From the IMG/VR virus record IMGVR_UViG_3300007344_000034, positions 1-57,495 of that record: a stretch of DNA of 57,495 nt. The stretch is one strand, 5' to 3'. This stretch comes from a virus. Its lineage: Duplodnaviria; Caudoviricetes. The position numbers and the translations under genes were made by a program. This document shows, piece after piece, positions 18,044 to 25,336 of the stretch; the stretch's first letter is position 1; every line of letters begins with the position of its first letter. Under the pieces are notes generated by a model. The model had not been told where the DNA came from. It saw only the letters and a program-made list of their open reading frames with translations, and made no database searches.

Positions 18044-18610
18044 GTGGAAAACTTAAATGATGTTGTGGCTAACACAAAAAAGCCAACTGCCAAGGCAGTA
18101 CAGGATGCACTCGTTGCTAACGCAGAGATTGCAGTTTCATCAACTCTTTCAGATGAGGACACCGCGAAAATCCTTAATCTGTTCTACGGTTGCAAGGACA
18201 AGGCATCTGGCTTCAAGTGGTATGAAGTCAAAAATGCCAAGGACTCAACCAAGGAAAAGGAAAAGGAATTGTGGGTTAAATTCCAGAATCCTTACTACAA
18301 GGCATTGCGGACTGCGTTCAAAACCAAGACCGGCAAGGACTTGTCTAATCCTTCCACTTACTGGCTTAGGATTAAGAACGCAGGCAAGGGGCTCGTTGAG
18401 GGCACTCGCAAACTTGGCAAGGGCGCGGACAAGACGCCAGAGGATAGGCTGTTAATTGCAACGTATCCGCGTTGGGCAGAGTATGCTCGTCTTGAGGAGC
18501 CTACCCACCGTCAGGCAGAGATCCAGGATCTCTTGTCTCAACTGATCTTCAAGATCGGACACGATCCACAAAAAGTGGATCTGGTTAAACTGGGGCTCAA
18601 GAAGTCCTAA
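18044..18610 (+). CDS. Early protein of unknown function (paralog B)
   Basis: 188 aa, GTG start, AGGAG RBS; paralog of 17162..17812. Confidence 0.85.
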   Translation: MENLNDVVANTKKPTAKAVQDALVANAEIAVSSTLSDEDTAKILNLFYGCKDKASGFKWYEVKNAKDSTKEKEKELWVKFQNPYYKALRTAFKTKTGKDLSNPSTYWLRIKNAGKGLVEGTRKLGKGADKTPEDRLLIATYPRWAEYARLEEPTHRQAEIQDLLSQLIFKIGHDPQKVDLVKLGLKKS

Positions 18611-18617
18611 CCACACG

Positions 18618-18644
18618 GGCAGACCTTCAGGTCTGCCTTTTTTT
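18618..18644 (+). terminator. Rho-independent terminator
   Basis: GGCAGACC-TTCA-GGTCTGCC followed by T7. Confidence 0.92.
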
Positions 18645-18660
18645 CGCCCGTCATCTACGA

Positions 18661-18726
18661 TGACAGTTACATCCTCTGCGTTGAGCCATGCACCTAGTGT
18701 GATAGTTACACGACCTGCGTTGAGCC
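18661..18726. repeat. Bipartite box copies 4 and 5
   Basis: TGACAGTTA-CATCCT-CTGCGTTGAGCC (18661) and TGATAGTTA-CACGAC-CTGCGTTGAGCC (18700). Confidence 0.85.
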
Positions 18727-18749
18727 ACTGAAGCTGCGGTGACCCATCG

Positions 18750-18767
18750 GACTAACATTTGTTAGGC
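18750..18767. repeat. 18-bp palindrome copy 3
   Basis: GACTAACATTTGTTAGGC, just left of the origin candidate. Confidence 0.9.
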
Positions 18768-18787
18768 TAACCCTAAAAATACAACTT

Positions 18788-19110
18788 TGTACCACATTGT
18801 AGTATTGTTGTAAAACCACTTTTGTATTGTTATACGCTAAGTTATTGATTTTTAAGTAAAGTATGCTTTGTTGTATTGTTGCGTTTTAAAAACGCTATTT
18901 ATAGAGATTCCAAAGAGTGCCCTCATGCAGATGCAAATCGCAAGAATCTGTCTAGAGGAAACTTATTTATTTAAAAATAAAACAATACAACAATACACCC
19001 ATTTTCACCCCTCAACACCGCGTCGTTACTCGGTTTTGCATTGTTGTATTTTTTTACAACATTAAGACCGTTTTTACAACTTTACAACAATACCCATTAT
19101 TTTGTAATAC
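18788..19110. other. Candidate replication origin (AT-rich, inverted iterons, IHF site)
   Basis: GTATTGTT at 18802, 18824, 18873; inverted AACAATAC at 18981, 18989, 19086; TTTACAAC three times; exact IHF consensus WATCAANNNNTTR on the minus strand at 18838-18850. Confidence 0.6.
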
Positions 19111-19118
19111 ATAAAAAC

Positions 19119-19147
19119 TTGACTTTTATGTAACTTTGTGGTACAAT
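19119..19147 (+). promoter_or_regulatory. Sigma70 promoter with extended -10
   Basis: TTGACT-17 bp-TACAAT, with TGn before the -10. Confidence 0.85.
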
Positions 19148-19189
19148 ATAAAAATGGGGCGAGATGTGTATGTACTCAGCACCCCATCT

Positions 19190-19207
19190 GCCTAACAAAT
19201 GTTAGTC
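19190..19207. repeat. 18-bp palindrome copy 4
   Basis: GCCTAACAAATGTTAGTC in the 5'UTR of 19236. Confidence 0.9.
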
Positions 19208-19235
19208 AGACCATTAACAATACGAGGTAACTAAT

Positions 19236-19514
19236 ATGTCTATGTCACGTGACGCGCAACGCCTGTTGCGTCAGAAAGCATGGTTCGATAAGAACGGCAA
19301 CGAACACTCACGCCTAATGGCGCAGTACATCTTCATGCAAATGCAGTTGTTGACTGAACACCCACCACAGCGTGGCTCTTACCGCTTCTATGCAAACAAC
19401 AACCCGATGCATCGTGCTATCAAAGCGCATCTTGGTTTCGATGTTGTTGATCCCGCGTGGATGAACAGAGTCACTGATGAAATCGCAGACTCTAGTGCAA
19501 AGCACATTAACTGA
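19236..19514 (+). CDS. Hypothetical early protein
   Basis: 92 aa; RBS GAGGTAACT. Confidence 0.75.
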   Translation: MSMSRDAQRLLRQKAWFDKNGNEHSRLMAQYIFMQMQLLTEHPPQRGSYRFYANNNPMHRAIKAHLGFDVVDPAWMNRVTDEIADSSAKHIN

Positions 19515-19517
19515 GGA

Positions 19518-19535
19518 GCCTAACAAATGTTAGTC
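19518..19535. repeat. 18-bp palindrome copy 5 (contains ATG 19527)
   Basis: GCCTAACAAATGTTAGTC. Confidence 0.9.
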
Positions 19536-19736
19536 AGATGTGTTGAGTGTGACGAACCGATCACACCAGTTAAGCGTGCAGAGCTTGGCTACACCATGTG
19601 TTTATCATGCGGCGATAAGCAGGCTCGGGCTACCGTTCGTACAGTAGCTCCAATGCACAAGAGCAACTACATGTTGTTCACCAATCTCGATGACCTGAAA
19701 GGCATCAACAATAAAGGAGGCTTTCACCGTGAGTGA
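19527..19736 (+). CDS. C4 zinc-finger protein (DksA/TraR-like finger)
   Basis: CVECDEPI...R...G...CLSC; GAGGAG RBS. Confidence 0.65.
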   Translation: MLVRCVECDEPITPVKRAELGYTMCLSCGDKQARATVRTVAPMHKSNYMLFTNLDDLKGINNKGGFHRE

Positions 19737-19977
19737 AATAAAGAAAATGAAGATATTAAAGAATGAAAAAGTTCCAACTCGCGGTTGGAGCAAGATTGAA
19801 AAGATAATTGATGGTATGGATTTCGATGATTGTGCGGAGTTTGATACCGAGCAAGAGGCGCAAGCCTTTTACTCAGCGGCCAAGCGATTGGTTTACCGCA
19901 AAAACAGCGAGTTTGACGTAGTGAAGAGACGCAAACGTGTATGGAAAGTAGCGAAGGAGTCAAACGATGAGGCATAA
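19729..19977 (+). CDS. Small hypothetical protein, possibly DNA-binding
   Basis: 82 aa, AGGAGG RBS, basic C-terminal KRRKRVWKV; loosely resembles 37485..37679. Confidence 0.65.
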   Translation: MSEIKKMKILKNEKVPTRGWSKIEKIIDGMDFDDCAEFDTEQEAQAFYSAAKRLVYRKNSEFDVVKRRKRVWKVAKESNDEA

Positions 19978-20152
19978 ATTGGAGAACATGGGACAGCTTG
20001 TCTACAACAAAGAGACAGCAGAGGGCGAGATCAACATACCTGAGATTCAATATGACCAAGTGGGGTTAGACATACTCCACGATTGGATCTCTGACTTGCA
20101 AGCGTTATACGACGAGATCAATGAGGAGGTTCGTGGTGAACTACGAAGATGA
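19967..20152 (+). CDS. Small acidic hypothetical protein
   Basis: 61 aa; RBS AAGGAGTCAA. Confidence 0.65.
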   Translation: MRHKLENMGQLVYNKETAEGEINIPEIQYDQVGLDILHDWISDLQALYDEINEEVRGELRR

Positions 20153-20393
20153 GTACGACGAGTACGACGAGACTAGCGGGGGTATTGATTTACGCACGCA
20201 GTTAGATTGCGCCTTGCGGATAATGACGAAAGCACAAGTGGATAACTGGCATACGCAGTTAGAAGTGATTCAACTGCAATGTGAGTTGACCGATGCGAGG
20301 CGGGCTATCCAAAGTCGTGAGTATGCGATAGAGCAACTGCAACAGCAGTTAGACACAGCGCAGACATTGTTGCGAGGAGAAACAAGTGAGTGA
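20136..20393 (+). CDS. Hypothetical coiled-coil protein
   Basis: Start moved to GTG 20136 behind GAGGAGG. Confidence 0.6.
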   Translation: MNYEDEYDEYDETSGGIDLRTQLDCALRIMTKAQVDNWHTQLEVIQLQCELTDARRAIQSREYAIEQLQQQLDTAQTLLRGETSE

Positions 20394-20589
20394 TCTAAAC
20401 GAGCAAGCGGAAGCAGTCCGCAGACTGAACGATGAGCAACTTGGCGATTTGTTTGAGGTGCTTCATTGGGTGGCGTATTGCCCTGATATTGAGTACATGG
20501 TTCCGCCATATATCGGGCGCAAAGCGCTGAATTTACTTAGAGACAAACAACAGGAGATAGAGAGTAATGCACAAGTCAAAACCAAGTAA
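20386..20589 (+). CDS. Hypothetical protein
   Basis: 67 aa, GAGGAG RBS, GTG start. Confidence 0.6.
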   Translation: MSDLNEQAEAVRRLNDEQLGDLFEVLHWVAYCPDIEYMVPPYIGRKALNLLRDKQQEIESNAQVKTK

Positions 20590-20728
20590 GCACAACCTAG
20601 TGCTTGATCGCCAGAAGGCGAAGGAGTTCATGCGTAAGCGTGAAGAATTGAAACAGAAGCGACTAACAAATGTTAGGGAGACCGACAATGGCAAAAATGT
20701 GGATAGCACCAGACGGGAGATGGAGTAG
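20567..20728 (+). CDS. Small basic hypothetical protein, 53 aa
   Basis: Not in ORF track. MHKSKPSKHNLVLDRQKAKEFMRKREELKQKRLTNVRETD...; AGGAG upstream; fills the gap between neighbours. Confidence 0.45.
   Translation: MHKSKPSKHNLVLDRQKAKEFMRKREELKQKRLTNVRETDNGKNVDSTRREME
20661..20678. repeat. 18-bp palindrome copy 6 (overlaps RBS/start of next gene)
   Basis: GACTAACAAATGTTAGGG. Confidence 0.85.
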
Positions 20729-21659
20729 AGCTATGTTCAAGTGTAATGCGTTTCCTCTGTTAGATACCTATATGAAGGCTCTAACACACGAGGAGCAAGT
20801 CGTGCCTATCCGAGGCACAAACCAGAAGCCAATACATATGCGCTCGCGCAAGTATATGCAGATCGCGGTGTTGCCCAACGAAGACGTTGTGTATTTCGAT
20901 GGTTGGGGCACGAAAGGTGAGCCAGTCAATGACAATGACTACATTGTTAAGTGGAAGCCGAATGGTGAGATCCACATCAACGCGCCCATGTACAACTGCG
21001 TGTACGAGCAACTGACTAGCCTGTTAGGTGTAAAGTTCTTCCGAGCTACGAACCTGTTGTGGGTATATATGGATGACGCACTACCGCTACGTCGCTATAC
21101 GGGAGGCACGCCTACGATACTGAAGTGGAAGGATGACCGCCTTGTGTATACGAACCCGCCAGAGGTAACGCAAAAAGCGATTAACCGAGGTGTCGCCAAG
21201 GCGGTGCGTGCAAAGTACAAGAGCATCTATGACTACTTGCGTGGCATGACCAAGGTGCGCGATAGCGTGTACGAGTACAGCGAGTTTATTGATGCGTTCG
21301 ATTTTAAAGCTGATGAACAGTATAGGCAGTTTAATAACAATGCGTATTTCACACTGCACCGCCTGATGCCGAAGATCTCGCTATATGTATCGTTGCCAAA
21401 GCAAGACGACATCGTGGAGTTGATCGGTATGGCTAACGAAGGAGACCTAACTGCATCGCATAAGCTGTGGCTGATATGTGCGTGGAGTAATGGTGGCCAT
21501 AGAAGTTGGCACAGCGAGAATGTGGTGTGTGCGCCTAACCAAGTAATCAAAGCGTTCGATGACTTTATCTTACGCATACATAGAGAGGAGGTTTTCTACG
21601 ATAAAGAAGTGCCTATGGGCAAATTACCAAGCACAGCGAATGAAAAGTTCTTCCGCTGA
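20688..21659 (+). CDS. Hypothetical early protein
   Basis: ~323 aa; ATG 20688 behind AGGGAG (alternative start 20670). Confidence 0.75.
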   Translation: MAKMWIAPDGRWSRAMFKCNAFPLLDTYMKALTHEEQVVPIRGTNQKPIHMRSRKYMQIAVLPNEDVVYFDGWGTKGEPVNDNDYIVKWKPNGEIHINAPMYNCVYEQLTSLLGVKFFRATNLLWVYMDDALPLRRYTGGTPTILKWKDDRLVYTNPPEVTQKAINRGVAKAVRAKYKSIYDYLRGMTKVRDSVYEYSEFIDAFDFKADEQYRQFNNNAYFTLHRLMPKISLYVSLPKQDDIVELIGMANEGDLTASHKLWLICAWSNGGHRSWHSENVVCAPNQVIKAFDDFILRIHREEVFYDKEVPMGKLPSTANEKFFR

Positions 21660-21663
21660 AAAC

Positions 21664-21692
21664 TTGACACAAGACTATAATTGTGGTACAAT
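21664..21692 (+). promoter_or_regulatory. Sigma70 promoter with extended -10
   Basis: TTGACA-17 bp-TACAAT with TGn; shares TTGTGGTACAATATA with the 19119 promoter. Confidence 0.88.
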
Positions 21693-21734
21693 ATACACAC
21701 TGGCGCGGAATGAAGCATTTAGCCAGTGGGGTCG

Positions 21735-21752
21735 CACTAACATTTGTTAGTC
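21735..21752. repeat. 18-bp palindrome copy 7
   Basis: CACTAACATTTGTTAGTC in the 5'UTR of the AAA ATPase. Confidence 0.9.
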
Positions 21753-21789
21753 AGACCATTAACAACTATTACATTAGAGGTAACTAAAA

Positions 21790-22854
21790 ATGTCTATTAA
21801 CTTTGGAACTACCGTTTCTTTGAAGCAAGCGGCTAACCTTATCACTAACTCACCAGAGCTAAGATACTTCTTGCAGGGTGAACCTGGGATCGGTAAGTCG
21901 TCCATCATGAAGCTGATCGGTAACAGCAAGCCCGATCACATCAAGTCCTACATGGACTGCTCACAGCTTGACCTTGGTGACATTGCGATGCCATACGTGG
22001 ACAAGGAGCAGGGCATTACGACTTACTACCCTAACGGTAGATTTGGTATGCACACACAAGAGCCAGTGCTGATGATGCTTGACGAGTTCACCAAAGCGGC
22101 TGAGCCAGTTAAGAATATGTTGCATCCGCTGCTAGAGTCGTCTAACCCGCGCCTTGGAGATATTCCAGTACACCCAGAGTCGATCATATTCCTCACGGGT
22201 AACCTGAGTACGGACGGTGTTGGCGATGTTCTCAAAGCGCATACCCGCAATCGTATTATTCCGCTAAACGTAAGGAAGCCTAGCTCCGATGAGTGGCTAG
22301 AGTGGGCGGTGAACAACGACATTGAACCAATCGTCATGTCGTGGGTGCATCAGTTCCCCCATGCGCTAGCGTCATACACTGAGGAAGGACAAGCCGAGAA
22401 CCCGTACATCTTCAACCCGAAGAAAGTACAGACCGCGTTTGTATCGCCTCGATCCTTGGAGCGAGCCTCGCACATACTGAAGCAACGCGAACATCTGGAC
22501 GCTGAGTCGCTTATAGCTGCTCTAACAGGTGCTATTGGCGAAGCCGGTGCGCGTGATATGCAAGCCTATGTCGAGTATCAGGATCAGCTACCAACGTGGG
22601 ACTCGATCATCAAGTCGCCTGAGTCGGCCACTGTACCTGACAGCGTAGGTGCTTGTGCCGTGCTTGTGTTTGGTGCGATCACCAAGGTGGATAAAAACAA
22701 TATGCCTATGTTCATGAAGTACCTAGAGCGTTTCGCTTCTGAGTGGCAAGCGTGCTTTGCAATCAACATTGCGAAGAATCCACAGAAACAATCGGTTGCA
22801 TTTAGTTCATCAGCGTTTGCTGACTGGGTGCAGAAGAACGAGGACTTACTATGA
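21790..22854 (+). CDS. MoxR-like AAA+ ATPase
   Basis: Walker A GEPGIGKS, Walker B MLDEF, TGN sensor, SPRS. Confidence 0.9.
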   Translation: MSINFGTTVSLKQAANLITNSPELRYFLQGEPGIGKSSIMKLIGNSKPDHIKSYMDCSQLDLGDIAMPYVDKEQGITTYYPNGRFGMHTQEPVLMMLDEFTKAAEPVKNMLHPLLESSNPRLGDIPVHPESIIFLTGNLSTDGVGDVLKAHTRNRIIPLNVRKPSSDEWLEWAVNNDIEPIVMSWVHQFPHALASYTEEGQAENPYIFNPKKVQTAFVSPRSLERASHILKQREHLDAESLIAALTGAIGEAGARDMQAYVEYQDQLPTWDSIIKSPESATVPDSVGACAVLVFGAITKVDKNNMPMFMKYLERFASEWQACFAINIAKNPQKQSVAFSSSAFADWVQKNEDLL

Positions 22855-22994
22855 GAGACGAAGAAGTAGTTGAGTTGGCGTTCGACATACTAGAGGACGC
22901 AGAACTAATGCAGGAGTTTGACGACACTGTGTGGATCAGTGTTGACAAGACTCTGTGGGAACAATTCACAACAGGTGGGACTAACAAATGTTAG
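22851..22994 (+). CDS. 47-aa highly acidic protein
   Basis: Not in ORF track. MRDEEVVELAFDILEDAELMQEFDDTVWISVDKTLWEQFTTGGTNKC; GAGGA RBS; ATGA overlap. Confidence 0.7.
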   Translation: MRDEEVVELAFDILEDAELMQEFDDTVWISVDKTLWEQFTTGGTNKC

Positions 22995-22996
22995 AC
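22979..22996. repeat. 18-bp palindrome copy 8 (contains ATG 22988 and TAG 22992)
   Basis: GACTAACAAATGTTAGAC. Confidence 0.9.
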
Positions 22997-24199
22997 AGAT
23001 CTAAGATTGAACGACGGGTGAAGAAAGCCAAGATCACCCTTATGCGTAAGCCAGAATTTGCAATGTGGTCTGGCATCATGATGGTAGGCAAGACCGAAGT
23101 GCGTGATGACTTCCCAACTGCCGCGACCAACGGGCGTGACGAGATATACGGCACAGAGTTTGTGGACTCTCTCAATGACAAGGAACTTATGTTCGTTGTG
23201 CTACACGAGAACCTACACAAAGCGTTCCGTCATCTCTACATCTGGCGCAAGTTGCACGAAGAAAATTCACGGCTGGCAAATATGGCTTGTGACTACGTGA
23301 TTAACCTGATCCTGCATGACGCTGATCCATCGGAGCAGACGATTGCTATGCCTCGCAAGGACGGTGAGATATACGGGTTGTTGGATACACGGTTCCGGCA
23401 CATGAACACTAAACAAGTGTTCGACCTACTGAAGCAGGAGCAAGAAGAAGGTAAGGGACAGTCCGGAGACAGCGAAGGCGAGTCCGGTGGCTTTGACGAG
23501 CATGACTGGGACGGAGCGCAGGAACTCGATGCTGAACAGCAGGAGCAACTAGCGAAGGAAGTCGATCAGGCATTACGTCAGGGTCAGATGGCCGCCCAAA
23601 AGATAGCGGGCAAGGGCGCGGGCAATATGCCACGCGAGCTAGGAGACTTACTTGCACCCAAAGTCGATTGGCGCGAAGTGCTACGGGAGTTTGTGAACTC
23701 TGTGTGTAGTGCGAAAGACGCAAGCAGTTGGCGACGAGTCAACCGTAGGTTCGTTGGTCAGCACATCTATCTACCCTCACTGATCGGTGAGAAGGTGGGT
23801 CACGTTGTGGTTGGCATCGACACATCGGGTTCGATACAGCAAGACGAGATCACGCGGTTCTTATCCGAGGTTAAGTCTATTGTAGAAGATGTACACCCCG
23901 ACAAGCTCGACCTGATCTACTGGGATCACGAGGTTGCGAGCCATGAGGTGTATGACTCAGCCACTATGGGTACGTTGCTAGACTCAACCAAGCCTAGAGG
24001 CGGGGGAGGAACATCGCCTACCTGTGTGATGGAGTATCTCAAGCAGGAGAACATCAAGCCCGAGTGCATCATCATGCTAACTGATGGCTACATCTACGAC
24101 TGGGGTAACGAGTGGGACTCGCCTACATTGTGGGTGATTACGTCCGATCATACATCGCCTGTGGGTAAGTCAGTACAGATAACGGAGGAAGCGGCATGA
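22988..24199 (+). CDS. DUF2201-type metallopeptidase + vWA domain protein
   Basis: TAATNG, HENLH (HExxH), N.A.D..IN, MIDAS DTSGS, GGGGT, LTDG. Confidence 0.9.
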   Translation: MLDRSKIERRVKKAKITLMRKPEFAMWSGIMMVGKTEVRDDFPTAATNGRDEIYGTEFVDSLNDKELMFVVLHENLHKAFRHLYIWRKLHEENSRLANMACDYVINLILHDADPSEQTIAMPRKDGEIYGLLDTRFRHMNTKQVFDLLKQEQEEGKGQSGDSEGESGGFDEHDWDGAQELDAEQQEQLAKEVDQALRQGQMAAQKIAGKGAGNMPRELGDLLAPKVDWREVLREFVNSVCSAKDASSWRRVNRRFVGQHIYLPSLIGEKVGHVVVGIDTSGSIQQDEITRFLSEVKSIVEDVHPDKLDLIYWDHEVASHEVYDSATMGTLLDSTKPRGGGGTSPTCVMEYLKQENIKPECIIMLTDGYIYDWGNEWDSPTLWVITSDHTSPVGKSVQITEEAA

Positions 24200-24438
24200 G
24201 GTTTCTATTCGAGATTGGCTACAAGTCATATGTACTTGATGCCGACCAAGCGCAGATTATCTGGGACACGATACGTGACGCGGAGATACATGAGGAGAAG
24301 CACGATGGATACGGAGATGATCGTACAACTACGTACCACGTGTACTCTCAAGATCTGTTGGGCGAACCTGTTCATATGAAGATGCTGACGGATCGTCAGT
24401 ACAACATGGCTAAGTTAGCCGGTAAACCAAAGAAGTAG
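24196..24438 (+). CDS. Hypothetical protein
   Basis: 80 aa, GGAGGA RBS, ATGA overlap. Confidence 0.7.
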   Translation: MRFLFEIGYKSYVLDADQAQIIWDTIRDAEIHEEKHDGYGDDRTTTYHVYSQDLLGEPVHMKMLTDRQYNMAKLAGKPKK

Positions 24439-24456
24439 GACTAACATTTGTTAGTC
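24439..24456. repeat. 18-bp palindrome copy 9
   Basis: GACTAACATTTGTTAGTC directly after the stop codon at 24438. Confidence 0.9.
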
Positions 24457-24484
24457 CGACCTACAACAATAGAGGTAACTAAAG

Positions 24485-25336
24485 ATGAGTATTACAGCAA
24501 GAGCATTACTTGTAGAGCATAGCATTTCAGTTTGGACTGCTAACAAACTGGACAAACACGCTACTGACGTAGTGATAACGCAGAATTGTGCGGCAGACAA
24601 AGCCGCCCAAGTTCGCAAGAACCTGATGGCAGGGTCAAGCCAACGGAAAGACATAGCCGATTTCGCGGCAGGTTGTCGCTTGTGGCACAACGTTAAAACG
24701 TTGCCGTGGGCAAACAGTGGCGCACGTATGCTACCGACCTCGATGTTCCTAGACTACAAGCAGGAGCTTAACGACCGTAAAGCGAAGTTCGACAGTATGG
24801 TGTCGCAGTTCCTAATTGACTACCCACAACTGGTGCAGATCAGTCAGAACTACTTGGGTTCGCTGTTCAACGCAGATGACTACCCGAGCGTGGAGGAGGT
24901 AGCTGATAAGTTCGCTTACAGATACGTCATTAGCCCTGTGCCTGACTCCGGTCACTTTGTGCTTGACGTAGCAAGTGAGGAGATGAACGAGCTACGCGAG
25001 CAATACGAGAAGGACTTCAACACACGGGTGAACGATGCGATGAAGGACGCATGGACACGGCTACACAAGACGCTCACGGGTATGAGCGAGAAGCTGACCG
25101 ATGCACCGGACGAGAAGAAACGCAGGTTCCACGATACGTTTATCACCAACGCGCAGGAGATGTGCGGTCTGCTCAGTCACTTGAACGTGAACAACGACCC
25201 AGACTTGGAGTCAGCTAGACGCCAACTGGAAGTGGCTCTAATGGCTACTGACGTAGATGTAATCAAGGCTTCCGAGTACGCCCGGGGTGAGCTTAAATCG
25301 AAGGTAGATAACGTACTAGGACAATTTGAGTGGTGA
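24485..25336 (+). CDS. DUF3150-like helical protein
   Basis: 283 aa; TLPW...G.RMLP, F...YP...LG.LF...DYP motifs; usual neighbour of AAA/vWA genes. Confidence 0.65.
   Translation: MSITARALLVEHSISVWTANKLDKHATDVVITQNCAADKAAQVRKNLMAGSSQRKDIADFAAGCRLWHNVKTLPWANSGARMLPTSMFLDYKQELNDRKAKFDSMVSQFLIDYPQLVQISQNYLGSLFNADDYPSVEEVADKFAYRYVISPVPDSGHFVLDVASEEMNELREQYEKDFNTRVNDAMKDAWTRLHKTLTGMSEKLTDAPDEKKRRFHDTFITNAQEMCGLLSHLNVNNDPDLESARRQLEVALMATDVDVIKASEYARGELKSKVDNVLGQFEW

Noticed and set aside
17002-18726. Repeats read as a mini CRISPR array (with the Cas4-like gene at 30169)
   Set aside because: Spacing is irregular (5 bp, 12 bp or whole genes), there are no unique 30-40 bp spacers, and solo Cas4-like nucleases are common phage replication genes.
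18788-18796. TGTACCACA as a DnaA box
   Set aside because: Only 6/9 match to TTATCCACA.
18868-19065. 65-aa ORF in the track
   Set aside because: TTG start, no RBS, and it lies in the AT-rich iteron region; probably non-coding.
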